Shown here piece by piece: positions 29,281 through 37,654 of a stretch of 64,000 nt of DNA. Each line of letters starts with the position of its first letter. The stretch's first letter is position 1. Location: positions 135,375 through 199,374 of the forward strand of contig JAFGGD010000034.1 of assembly GCA_016930695.1 (NCBI GenBank). Direction: 5' to 3'. Source of the DNA: Candidatus Eiseniibacteriota bacterium. GTDB taxonomy: Bacteria; Orphanbacterota; Orphanbacteria; Orphanbacterales; Orphanbacteraceae. The translations under genes were made by a program, and so were the position numbers. The notes under the pieces were generated by a model. That model saw nothing but the letters and a program-made list of their open reading frames with translations. It did no database searches and was not told the DNA's origin.

Positions 29281-30864
29281 ATGAACGGCGTGCTTTCCAT
29301 CCTGGTGTTCCTCCCGCTCGCCGGCGCGGCGGCGGTCGCCCTCGTGCCCGGCCGGCGCCAAGGGACGATCCGCGCCGTCGCCTTCGCCGTCACCCTTCTC
29401 CTCTTTCTCTCCTCGCTCCCCCTCGCCTTCCGCTTCCAGGGGACCGGCGGGTTCGAGTTCGAGGAGTGCGTCCCCTGGATCCCGGGGATCGGGGTCGACT
29501 ATCACGTCGGCGTGGACGGGATCAGCGTCTTTTTGGTTCTCCTCACCACCTTCCTGGCGCCTCTCGTCTATCTCTCCACCTGGAGCGGCATCCGGGAGAA
29601 GGTGAAGGAGTTCTCCATCCTTTACCTGTTGCTTCACACCGGCATGATCGGCGCCTTCGTCGCGGTGGATCTCTTCCTCTTTTACGTTTTCTGGGAGCTG
29701 ATGCTGATCCCCATGGTCTTCCTGATCGGCGTGTGGGGGGGCGAGCGCCGGATCTACGCGGCGGTCAAGTTTCTCCTCTACACGGTGGTCGGTTCGCTTT
29801 TGATGCTCGTGGCGATTCTGGTGCTCGCGCGGGAGGCGCACAGCTTTGATTATCTGCGCATCCTGAACACGCCCGTCCCACACGGCATGCAGGCGTTCCT
29901 ATTCGCCGCATTCGCCCTCGCCTTCGCGATCAAGGTCCCGATCTTCCCGCTTCACACCTGGCTGCCGGACGCGCACGTGGAGGCGCCCGCCGCGGGGAGC
30001 GCCCTCCTCGCCGGCGTCCTCCTGAAGATGGGGACCTACGGTTTTCTCCGCTTCGCGATCCCCCTCTTCCCGGAGACGGCGCGCGCCGCCGCGCCCCTCT
30101 TCACCGTGCTCGCGCTCGTGGGGATCGTCTACGGCGCGCTGGTCGCGATGGTGCAGGAGGACATCAAGAAGCTGGTCGCCTACTCGTCGGTGAGCCATCT
30201 CGGATTCGTCGTTCTCGGCCTCTTCGCGTTCAACGACGCCGGAGTCCGGGGGGCGATCTTCGTGATGCTCGCCCACGGCCTCTCCACGGGCGCCCTCTTC
30301 CTCCTGGTGGGACAGGTGTACGAGAGAAGGCACAGCCGGAGGATCGACGACTTCGGCGGGATCGCGAGGTCCATGCCGCTCTTCAGCACCCTCTTCCTGA
30401 TCGTCACCCTCGCCTCGATCGGGCTTCCGGGGCTTTCCGGGTTCGTCGGCGAGTTCCTGGTCCTCTTGGGGGCCTTCCAAGCCGGGCCCGCCCGCGCGGC
30501 GGTGGGCGCCCTCGGCGTGGTGCTCGGCGCGGTCTACATGCTCTGGATGGTTCGCCGCGTCTTCTTCGGCCCCCTCGATCGGGAGGAGAACCGGGCGCTC
30601 CCCGATCTTTCCCTGCGCGATTTTCTGGTGATCCTTCCGTTGATCGCCGGGATGGTATTTCTCGGCGTGCGTCCCGCGCCCCTCCTCGACCGTATGGAGA
30701 CCTCGGTTCGGCGGCATTTGGAGATCATCGGCGTGGAGGAACGGGTCGAGACGACGGACAGACACGCCGCGGGCGAGAGGACCGTTTTCCGTTTCCTCGC
30801 TCCCCCCGACGGGGAGGAGCCGGAGCGGGAAGGGGAGGGTGAGGAGGTGTCGCCGTGCCGTTGA
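29281..30864 (+). CDS. nuoM: NADH-quinone oxidoreductase subunit M
   Basis: FYVFWE, KVPIFPLHTWLPDAHVEAP, AYSSVSHLG, FVGEF. Confidence 0.97.
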   Translation: MNGVLSILVFLPLAGAAAVALVPGRRQGTIRAVAFAVTLLLFLSSLPLAFRFQGTGGFEFEECVPWIPGIGVDYHVGVDGISVFLVLLTTFLAPLVYLSTWSGIREKVKEFSILYLLLHTGMIGAFVAVDLFLFYVFWELMLIPMVFLIGVWGGERRIYAAVKFLLYTVVGSLLMLVAILVLAREAHSFDYLRILNTPVPHGMQAFLFAAFALAFAIKVPIFPLHTWLPDAHVEAPAAGSALLAGVLLKMGTYGFLRFAIPLFPETARAAAPLFTVLALVGIVYGALVAMVQEDIKKLVAYSSVSHLGFVVLGLFAFNDAGVRGAIFVMLAHGLSTGALFLLVGQVYERRHSRRIDDFGGIARSMPLFSTLFLIVTLASIGLPGLSGFVGEFLVLLGAFQAGPARAAVGALGVVLGAVYMLWMVRRVFFGPLDREENRALPDLSLRDFLVILPLIAGMVFLGVRPAPLLDRMETSVRRHLEIIGVEERVETTDRHAAGERTVFRFLAPPDGEEPEREGEGEEVSPCR

Positions 30865-32339
30865 CGATTCCCGATATCCCGCGTGAGGCGCTCCTCGCGT
30901 CGCTCCCCTTCGCGCTCCTCGCCCTGGGAGGGACCGTCGTCGCGCTCCTCGGGGCGTGGCGGAGCCGGTGGGGCGTGTGGGCGGCGTTTATCGCGCTTCT
31001 CGCCGCTGGCGCGTCGCTCTCGCCTCATCTCGGCGCGCCCTCTTCTCTCCATTTCTGGGACGGGGCGCTTCTGGCGGACCGTTTCGGGGCGTTCCTCACG
31101 CTGCTCCTCCTCGCCGCGGGGATCCACACCCTCTTCCTCTCCGAAACGGTGCTCCGGAGGGAGGGGAAGGTGCGCGCGGAGTATTACGCGCTTCTCCTCT
31201 ACGCACTCTCGGGGATGGTGCTTCTGGTATCGACCACCAACCTGCTCCTCCTCTTCTTGGCCTTGGAGCTGACGTCGATTCCGCTTTACGTGCTCTGCGG
31301 CTTCCACCGGGGGGACTCCAAAGGGGGGGAGGCGGCGCTCAAGTACTTCCTCCTCGGTTCCTTCTCCTCGGCGATTCTTCTCTTCGGCGCCGCGCTCCTC
31401 TACGGGGCGACGGGCGAACTGGACCTCGCGGCGATGCGCGGTGGGGGGGCGCTCGGCGCGGCGGGTCTCCTCCTCGTCCTCACCGGTCTTTTCTTCAAGG
31501 CGGCGGTCGTCCCCTTCCACATGTGGGCGCCGGACGCCTATGACGGCGCGCCGACGCCGATCACCAGCTTCATGGCCACGGCGGTGAAGGTCGCCTCCTT
31601 CGGCGTGCTGATCCGTGTTTTCTCTTCCGCGGGGGGCGTCGGTCCGGCGGCGGGGCTGATGGGGCGCCCCGCGTCGGAGGGGATGCTCTTCTGGCTCGCC
31701 GTCCTCACGATGACCGTGGGAAACCTGTGCGCGCTCACCCAGAACAACATCAAGAGGATGCTCGCCTACTCCTCCATCGCCCACGCCGGTTACGCGCTGA
31801 TCGGGCTCGTCCCCGGCTCGGGAGGGCCGGACGCCGCCGGTGTTCTCTATTATCTGACCGCCTACCTGCTCATGACCGGGGGCGCCTTCGCCGTCGTGAC
31901 CGTCCTCTCCCGGCGGGACCGCTGGGGGGAGACCGTCCAGATCGACCGCTTCGCCGGTGTCGGATACCGCGCCCCCTTCCTCGGCGCGGCGATGACCGTC
32001 TTCCTCGTATCCCTCGGCGGCATACCGCCCACGGCCGGTTTCTTCGGGAAGTACCTGATCTTCCGAGGCGCCCTCGACCGGGGGCTCACGGCTCTTGTGG
32101 TGATCGCCGTCCTGAACAGCGCCGCCTCGCTCTACTATTACCTGCGGGTGGTCGTCTTCTTCTATATGCGGAGCACCGACAGGCCCGCGGAGATCGACCC
32201 GAGCCGCGCGCTCCGGTTCATCGCGGTTGTGGGGCTTGTCCTGGTGCTTTGGTTCGGGTTCGGGCCGGATCTGGGAGGGGTTCCCGGCGTCCCCTCTCTC
32301 CTGGGATGGATCGAGTCGGCCGCCGCCTCTCTCCCCTGA
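30855..32339 (+). CDS. nuoN: NADH-quinone oxidoreductase subunit N
   Basis: EAALKYFLLG, PFHMWAPDAYDGAP, KRMLAYSSIAHAGY, GIPPTAGFFGK. Confidence 0.97.
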   Translation: MPLTIPDIPREALLASLPFALLALGGTVVALLGAWRSRWGVWAAFIALLAAGASLSPHLGAPSSLHFWDGALLADRFGAFLTLLLLAAGIHTLFLSETVLRREGKVRAEYYALLLYALSGMVLLVSTTNLLLLFLALELTSIPLYVLCGFHRGDSKGGEAALKYFLLGSFSSAILLFGAALLYGATGELDLAAMRGGGALGAAGLLLVLTGLFFKAAVVPFHMWAPDAYDGAPTPITSFMATAVKVASFGVLIRVFSSAGGVGPAAGLMGRPASEGMLFWLAVLTMTVGNLCALTQNNIKRMLAYSSIAHAGYALIGLVPGSGGPDAAGVLYYLTAYLLMTGGAFAVVTVLSRRDRWGETVQIDRFAGVGYRAPFLGAAMTVFLVSLGGIPPTAGFFGKYLIFRGALDRGLTALVVIAVLNSAASLYYYLRVVVFFYMRSTDRPAEIDPSRALRFIAVVGLVLVLWFGFGPDLGGVPGVPSLLGWIESAAASLP

Positions 32340-32356
32340 GTTTCGGCATTCTTCGA

Positions 32357-32385
32357 TTGACCGCCTCCGAAACCCGTGCTACTGT
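32357..32385 (+). promoter_or_regulatory. Sigma70-like promoter upstream of candidate ncRNA
   Basis: TTGACC-N17-TACTGT with TG-n extension. Confidence 0.55.
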
Positions 32386-32391
32386 AGTCAA

Positions 32392-32578
32392 AGAGAAGAC
32401 GCCTTCGGCGGCTTGTGACTCGGAATCCTCCCTGGGCGGGACCACCTCTTTGCATACGTGGAGAGGGCTTCGGGGCGGATTCGGGGGCCACTATCATGAT
32501 TCGCGGCGGCTTTCGTGGCTAACCTCCTCCTTCGCCGGGATCGCTCAGGGTGGTCAGCCGTCCGAAGGTATGGATTTC
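32392..32578 (+). ncRNA. Candidate 6S-like rod-shaped RNA
   Basis: Nested stems CCTTCGG/CCGAAGG, CGGCT/AGCCG, CCCTGGGCG/CGCTCAGGG, GGCGGA/TTCGCC, GCCAC/GTGGC over about 180 nt; G-U pairs favour the + strand. Confidence 0.45.
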
Positions 32579-32632
32579 GACCGGCCCAAATTCGACCATC
32601 TCCTCTTGACCCGCGTCAACTTTAGGTTTCTC

Positions 32633-32661
32633 TTGCGTTTGTGCTTTTTATCTGATAGAAT
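32633..32661 (+). promoter_or_regulatory. Sigma70-like promoter for the Cys-rich secreted protein
   Basis: TTGCGT-N17-TAGAAT with TG-n; upstream palindrome TTGAC-N4-GTCAA at 32606-32619. Confidence 0.55.
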
Positions 32662-32793
32662 CAGCACGATTATTTTTAGTCGGACCCGTATATCCTCGGC
32701 TCCCCCAACTTGTTTGAAAACAAACGGGTTCCAGTGGTAGGAAAGTAAGCGGCATTCGCCTCACCGCCGGGTGCGGGAGGCGAGAGGAGGAAA

Positions 32794-33768
32794 GTGATGC
32801 GGAAATTGTTCCTGTGCTTCCTGGCGTTGTCGGTGGCGGGATTCGCCTTCGCGAGCGACCTGGAGAAGAAGGATCTGGATATCTCGGCGGGGAGCCCTCT
32901 CTCCCGCGGGCTGCTGGATTGCGCGAACGCGATCGGCATCTGCTGCGGCCAGACGCTGCAGGGGGACAACACCGGGATGCCGAACAATGTGATCAATTAC
33001 GGCACCAGCACGCTGAGCGAGAACGGCGGCGAAGTGGTCTACTGCTTCGGCCTTCCGACCGTGAGCCAGCAGGTGACCATCACTCTCGTGCCGAGCGGCT
33101 GCGACCTGGACCTCTGGGTCCTCGGCTCCTGCGATGAGGCGGACGAGCTCGCCCATTCCGCCGGAACGGGCACGGAAGTGGTCACATTCAGCTGCCTCGA
33201 TCCCGGCTTCTACTACATCGTGGTGGACGGCTATGGCTCCACCTATCCGGGCGCGGAGTGCCCCTTCGAGATCTCCATCGACTGTGAGGACTGCCCGGTG
33301 GTTCCGGAGAACGACACGTGCGAAGGCGCCTTCGACCTCTGCGCCCTCGCCGACGGCGGCGTGTTCAACGAGAGCTACAACACCATCCTGGCGAACAACG
33401 ACTACACCCTCGCCTACGGCGGTTGCACCGGCTATGCCACCGACGGTCCGGACGTGGTGTATGAGATCTGCCTCGAGCCGGGCGGTTCCATCGACGTGAC
33501 CCAGACGGGCACCAACGACATGGCGCTCTACCTGATCACAGACTGCGCCGACCCGCTCGGCAGCTGCGTGATCGGCTCGGACAACTGCTGCACCGGCGTG
33601 GACGAGTACTTCGTCTACACCAGCGTCGCGGGCGGCACCTACTACCTGATCGTGGACGCCTACAGCTCGACCGGCGGCACGGGGACCATCTACGGCACCC
33701 TGACCGGCTGCTGCACCAGCGCCACCGAATCGGGGAGCTGGGGCAGCGTGAAGCAACTCTTCCGTTAG
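32794..33768 (+). CDS. Secreted Cys-rich acidic protein, two PPC-like beta-sandwich repeats, C-terminal SWGxVK tail
   Basis: SD GAGGAGG; signal peptide (AFA-S); repeats 'VVY..DLDLWV..YYIVVDGY' and 'VVY..DMALYL..YYLIVDAY'; ends ATESGSWGSVKQLFR. Confidence 0.85.
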   Translation: MMRKLFLCFLALSVAGFAFASDLEKKDLDISAGSPLSRGLLDCANAIGICCGQTLQGDNTGMPNNVINYGTSTLSENGGEVVYCFGLPTVSQQVTITLVPSGCDLDLWVLGSCDEADELAHSAGTGTEVVTFSCLDPGFYYIVVDGYGSTYPGAECPFEISIDCEDCPVVPENDTCEGAFDLCALADGGVFNESYNTILANNDYTLAYGGCTGYATDGPDVVYEICLEPGGSIDVTQTGTNDMALYLITDCADPLGSCVIGSDNCCTGVDEYFVYTSVAGGTYYLIVDAYSSTGGTGTIYGTLTGCCTSATESGSWGSVKQLFR

Positions 33769-33789
33769 TTTCCCTTCCGACCCCCCCCT

Positions 33790-33822
33790 GCGGGGCGCCT
33801 TTCGGGGCGCCCCGCTTTTTTT
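33790..33822 (+). terminator. Rho-independent terminator
   Basis: GCGGGGCGCCT-TTCG-GGGCGCCCGC followed by a T run. Confidence 0.8.
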
Positions 33823-34021
33823 ATTTCCTCGCGCGCCCCCGTCTCATTATTCCCTTTCCGCGCCTTCGTCCTTCCCGTTCTTTCTCCAGCCACGGTTCCT
33901 TCCGGCCGATTCTCGGAAAGAAGGATCCCCCACCCCGGGCGGGCTTGCCGCCGCCCATCCGGGACGCGCCGCCCCAACGCATCGCGGGACCGCTCGGCAA
34001 GGGCGGGAAAGGAATGGATTC

Positions 34022-34984
34022 ATGCGACCGTGCCGGAAAAACATCGTTCTCCTCCCGGTTCTCCTCAGTCTCATTCTGGGCGCCGCCTCGGCGGGAGAGA
34101 TGGAAAAGAAGGTGGAGGGGATGGGATTCGCCTTCCTGACGAGGGAGCGTCTCGACTGCTCGTCGGCGATCCCCATCGCGACGGACACGGTGCTCATGCA
34201 GGAGAACCGGACCGCGCCGAACAACGTGACCAATTACTCCTGTTCGCCCGGCCTCGACCAATCAGGCGGAGAGAGAGTGTACCGTGTCGATCTCGTCGCG
34301 GAGACCCGCGTGACGGTGACGCTCGACCCGGCGGATTGCGATCTCGATCTCTGGCTCGTTCGTTACTGCGATGAAGCGTACTGCTCGGAGTATTCCGCCG
34401 GCGTGGATCAGGAGAGGCTCGATCTCTGCCTCGACGATGGGGAGTGGTATTTCGTGGTGGACGGGTACGGGGGCGCTTCGGGCGATTACACCGTTTCCTT
34501 CACCTTCGGCGACTGCGGCGCGCCGCAGGAGGGGGAAACCTGCGCGTTCCCCCTGGATCTCTGCGCCTACGCGGGGGGGGACTTCGAGATCCCCTACTCG
34601 ACCCTTCTCGCCGAAGACGACTACTCCACCGACTTCGGCGGCTGCACCGGCTACACCGCCCACGGCGGAGACATCGTGTACTCCGTCACCCTCGATCCGG
34701 GCGGCCTCATCGACGTCACCCAGACCGGCGACTACGACATGGTGCTCTACCTGGTCACCGACTGCGAGGACGTGGTCGGGAGCTGTGTCGCCGGATCGGA
34801 CAATTGCTGCTCCGGCATCATCGAGACGGTGACCTACACGAGCGAATTCGGTGGGACCTACTACCTGATCGTGGACGGCTACACCGGCGAGGGGAGCGGA
34901 TCCTTGGTCGGCACCGTCACCGGTTGCGCCGGCGTCGCCTCGGAGAACGAGAGCTGGGGCGGTGTGAAGAACCGTTTCCGGTAG
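34022..34984 (+). CDS. Paralog of the upstream Cys-rich secreted protein
   Basis: Signal peptide (ASA-G); shared blocks CDLDLW, VVDGYG, GGCTGY, GSDNCC, GGTYYLIVD; ends ASENESWGGVKNRFR. Confidence 0.85.
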   Translation: MRPCRKNIVLLPVLLSLILGAASAGEMEKKVEGMGFAFLTRERLDCSSAIPIATDTVLMQENRTAPNNVTNYSCSPGLDQSGGERVYRVDLVAETRVTVTLDPADCDLDLWLVRYCDEAYCSEYSAGVDQERLDLCLDDGEWYFVVDGYGGASGDYTVSFTFGDCGAPQEGETCAFPLDLCAYAGGDFEIPYSTLLAEDDYSTDFGGCTGYTAHGGDIVYSVTLDPGGLIDVTQTGDYDMVLYLVTDCEDVVGSCVAGSDNCCSGIIETVTYTSEFGGTYYLIVDGYTGEGSGSLVGTVTGCAGVASENESWGGVKNRFR

Positions 34985-35044
34985 CGAGCGATGAAAAAAG
35001 ATTGATCCTATAGAGCGCGGTGGTCTCTCCGGTGATTGCCCCCT

Positions 35045-36736
35045 CTATCGACGGGCAATCCACTCCGCGAAGGCTTCCACTCCCAGCGTGTTGGGGACCT
35101 CCTCCGGGCGGAGCCCTCCCTTGCGGGCGATACGGATGGCGATCTCCGGTACGGCGAGTCCTTCCGGGTCGTGGGCGTCCACGGCGATCGGCACCGGAAC
35201 GCCGAGGGCGCGCAATCCGGGGATCACCCGCCAGTCCACGTCGAGCCGGGAGGGGTGGCCGTTCAATTCCACACCTTTCCGCGCCTCCCCCGCCGCCCGC
35301 CACACCCGTTCCGCGTCGAAGTCGTACGCCTCCCTTTCCAGGAGGAGTCTTCCCGAGGAGTGGCCGAGCCAGGTCGTTTGTGGGTGAAGGATCGCACGGA
35401 GGATCCTCTCGGTTTGTTCCTCCCGGTCCAGGCCGAAACGGGAGTGCACCGAGGCGACGACGAAGTCGAGACGCGCCAGGGCGCCGTCGTCGTAATCGAG
35501 TCGACCGTCGGCGAGGATGTCCGACTCGATGCCGCGGAAGACGCGGAAGGGGGCGAGCAGCGTGTTGACGCGGTCCACCTCCTCCGCCTGTTCCAGGAGA
35601 CGTTCCGCCGAGAGTCCTCCCGCGTAGCCGGCGCTCCGGCTGTGGTCGGAGAGGGCGAGATAGGCGTAGCCCATCTCCGCCGCTCTTTCCGCCATGGCGC
35701 GGATCGACGCGGTCCCGTCGCTCCAATCGGAATGCACGTGGAGCGCCCCCTTCAAGTCCTCCCGCACGACAAGCCGTGGGAATCGCCCGGCGGCGGCGTC
35801 TTCCACGACATCCGCCCTCTCGCGGATCTCGGGCGGGAGAAAGGGGAGACCGAGGAGCGAGAAGAATGTCTCCTCGTCCGGCGTTTCCACCGGCGTTCCA
35901 TTTCGGGACAGCCCTTTCGGGTCGAAGAGGAAGCCCCTCTCCCGCGCCGCGGCGACGAGGGCCGTCCGGTGCGCGTCGGCGCCCGTCTCCCAGACGAGAA
36001 CGGCGCCGAACCGTTCCGGCGCGACCGCCCGCGCCTCGCCCGGCAGGCCGGCGGCGCTCCGGAAGAGAACGCGGTCTCCCTCCAAGGCCGTGTCCGCCTC
36101 GATCGCGAGGGCGTGGAGCGCGGCCTCCGGCGACATGGCCGCGACGACTCGGATCACGCCGGCGATCTCCCGGTAGAGGCCGACCTCGCCCGCCGGCGCC
36201 GTGCGGGACGCGCCGCGCCCCCTGAGGATCTCGCCGATCCGCGCCGCCTCCTTCGCCGCGTCGTGATAAAGACGGAAGTCGCGGAAGCGCCTCCAGTCCG
36301 CCAGCGCGCGCGTGAGATCCTCGATTCTCTTCGGACCAAAACCTTTCACCTGCGCGATGCGCCCGTCGGCGACCGCCTTCTCCAACTCTTCCGGAGAGGA
36401 GACGCCGATTTCCTCGCGAAGCGCGCGCGCCCTCCCCGCGCCGAGGCCGGGGATGCCGGTCAGTTCCACCATTCCGGGGGGCACTTCGCGGCGCAGATCC
36501 GCGAGCATCGGGATCGATCCGGTGGCGAAAAAATAGGCGATCTTGTCGGCCAAGCCCTTTCCCACGCCGGGAAGATCCGTGAGCCGCCCTTCCCGCGCCA
36601 GATCGGCCAGATCCTCCGCGCGGTCGATCCCGTCCGCCGCGCGGCGATAGGCCCGCGCTTGGAACGAGGATTCCCCCTTCAGTTCCAGGAGGAGGGCGAT
36701 TTCACGAAAAGCGGCTGAGACGCTCTCGTTCCGCAT
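35045..36736 (-). CDS. polX: PolX-PHP family protein; polymerase catalytic aspartates absent
   Basis: ATG 36736 with GGAGGA SD; 8-kDa/HhH domains (AYRRAA, LPGVGKG, IPGLG, VKGFGPK), FLPPEIRE, PHP HVHSDWSDG, SDHS, ELNG, DAH. Confidence 0.9.
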   Translation of the reverse strand: MRNESVSAAFREIALLLELKGESSFQARAYRRAADGIDRAEDLADLAREGRLTDLPGVGKGLADKIAYFFATGSIPMLADLRREVPPGMVELTGIPGLGAGRARALREEIGVSSPEELEKAVADGRIAQVKGFGPKRIEDLTRALADWRRFRDFRLYHDAAKEAARIGEILRGRGASRTAPAGEVGLYREIAGVIRVVAAMSPEAALHALAIEADTALEGDRVLFRSAAGLPGEARAVAPERFGAVLVWETGADAHRTALVAAARERGFLFDPKGLSRNGTPVETPDEETFFSLLGLPFLPPEIRERADVVEDAAAGRFPRLVVREDLKGALHVHSDWSDGTASIRAMAERAAEMGYAYLALSDHSRSAGYAGGLSAERLLEQAEEVDRVNTLLAPFRVFRGIESDILADGRLDYDDGALARLDFVVASVHSRFGLDREEQTERILRAILHPQTTWLGHSSGRLLLEREAYDFDAERVWRAAGEARKGVELNGHPSRLDVDWRVIPGLRALGVPVPIAVDAHDPEGLAVPEIAIRIARKGGLRPEEVPNTLGVEAFAEWIARR

Positions 36737-36839
36737 CGATTCCTCCGAAAAGCGGTGTAAGATACGGTCCGTCTCTCGGTAAGGGTACGGGCCCAGTATA
36801 CACGCCCCCCGCGGAGGGGGGAACCACGGGGAGATCGCG

Positions 36840-37535
36840 ATGGGGGAGAGGCAGGAGAGGATCCGAGTCGAGATCCACGTGCACACCGCCTTCTCTTTCG
36901 ATTCGAAAGCCGCGCCGGAAGAGGTGGAGGAGGCGGCGCTCCGCGCGGGCGTCGATCGGATCGCCGTGACCGATCACGACACGATCGAGGGCGCCCTCCG
37001 TCTCCGCGGCCGCGGCCGGATCGAAACCATCATCGGCGAAGAGGTCACCACCTCGCTCGGCGACGTGATCGGCCTGTTCCTGGAGAGCCCCCTTCCGCCC
37101 GGCGTCGAACCGGAGAGAACGATGGACGCGATCCACGAACAGGGGGGTCTGGTCGTCATCCCCCACCCCTTCGACGCGCGGCGAGGGACCACCCTTTTCC
37201 CCGAAGCGTTGGAGCGATGCGTCGACCGGATCGACGCGATCGAGGGGTGGAACGGACGGATCCGGCGTCCCGCCGACAACGAGCGCGCCCTCCTCTTCGC
37301 CCGGGATCACGGCCTTCCCGTCCTGGTCGGCTCCGACGCCCATCGGACGGACGAGATCGGCCGCTGGATGATGCGCATCGAGTCCTTCGACTCACCGGGC
37401 CGATTCCTCGCCGCCCTTCCGAGGGCGGAGCCGCTCTTCCCGGAGTCCTCACGCAAGCCGGAGCGCCGGCGCTGGTTGGACCGCGTTCTCCGTAATGGCG
37501 CGCCCACCGCGCGTCCCGAACCGGATCGAGGCTAA
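36840..37535 (+). CDS. Stand-alone PHP-domain phosphoesterase
   Basis: IHVHT, TDHD, GEEV, PHPF, GSDAH. Confidence 0.9.
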   Translation: MGERQERIRVEIHVHTAFSFDSKAAPEEVEEAALRAGVDRIAVTDHDTIEGALRLRGRGRIETIIGEEVTTSLGDVIGLFLESPLPPGVEPERTMDAIHEQGGLVVIPHPFDARRGTTLFPEALERCVDRIDAIEGWNGRIRRPADNERALLFARDHGLPVLVGSDAHRTDEIGRWMMRIESFDSPGRFLAALPRAEPLFPESSRKPERRRWLDRVLRNGAPTARPEPDRG

Positions 37536-37546
37536 CGCCTTTATTC

Positions 37547-37575
37547 TTGACGCCTTCCGTGGCATCTGCTACATT
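37547..37575 (+). promoter_or_regulatory. Sigma70-like promoter
   Basis: TTGACG-N17-TACATT with TG-n. Confidence 0.6.
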
Positions 37576-37654
37576 CCGCCGTTGGTCCGGGGCCGCCCGT
37601 TGCCCCCCGGTCCCTGTTTCCGGTTACCGCCCCTACGAACTGGAGGACGTTCCG

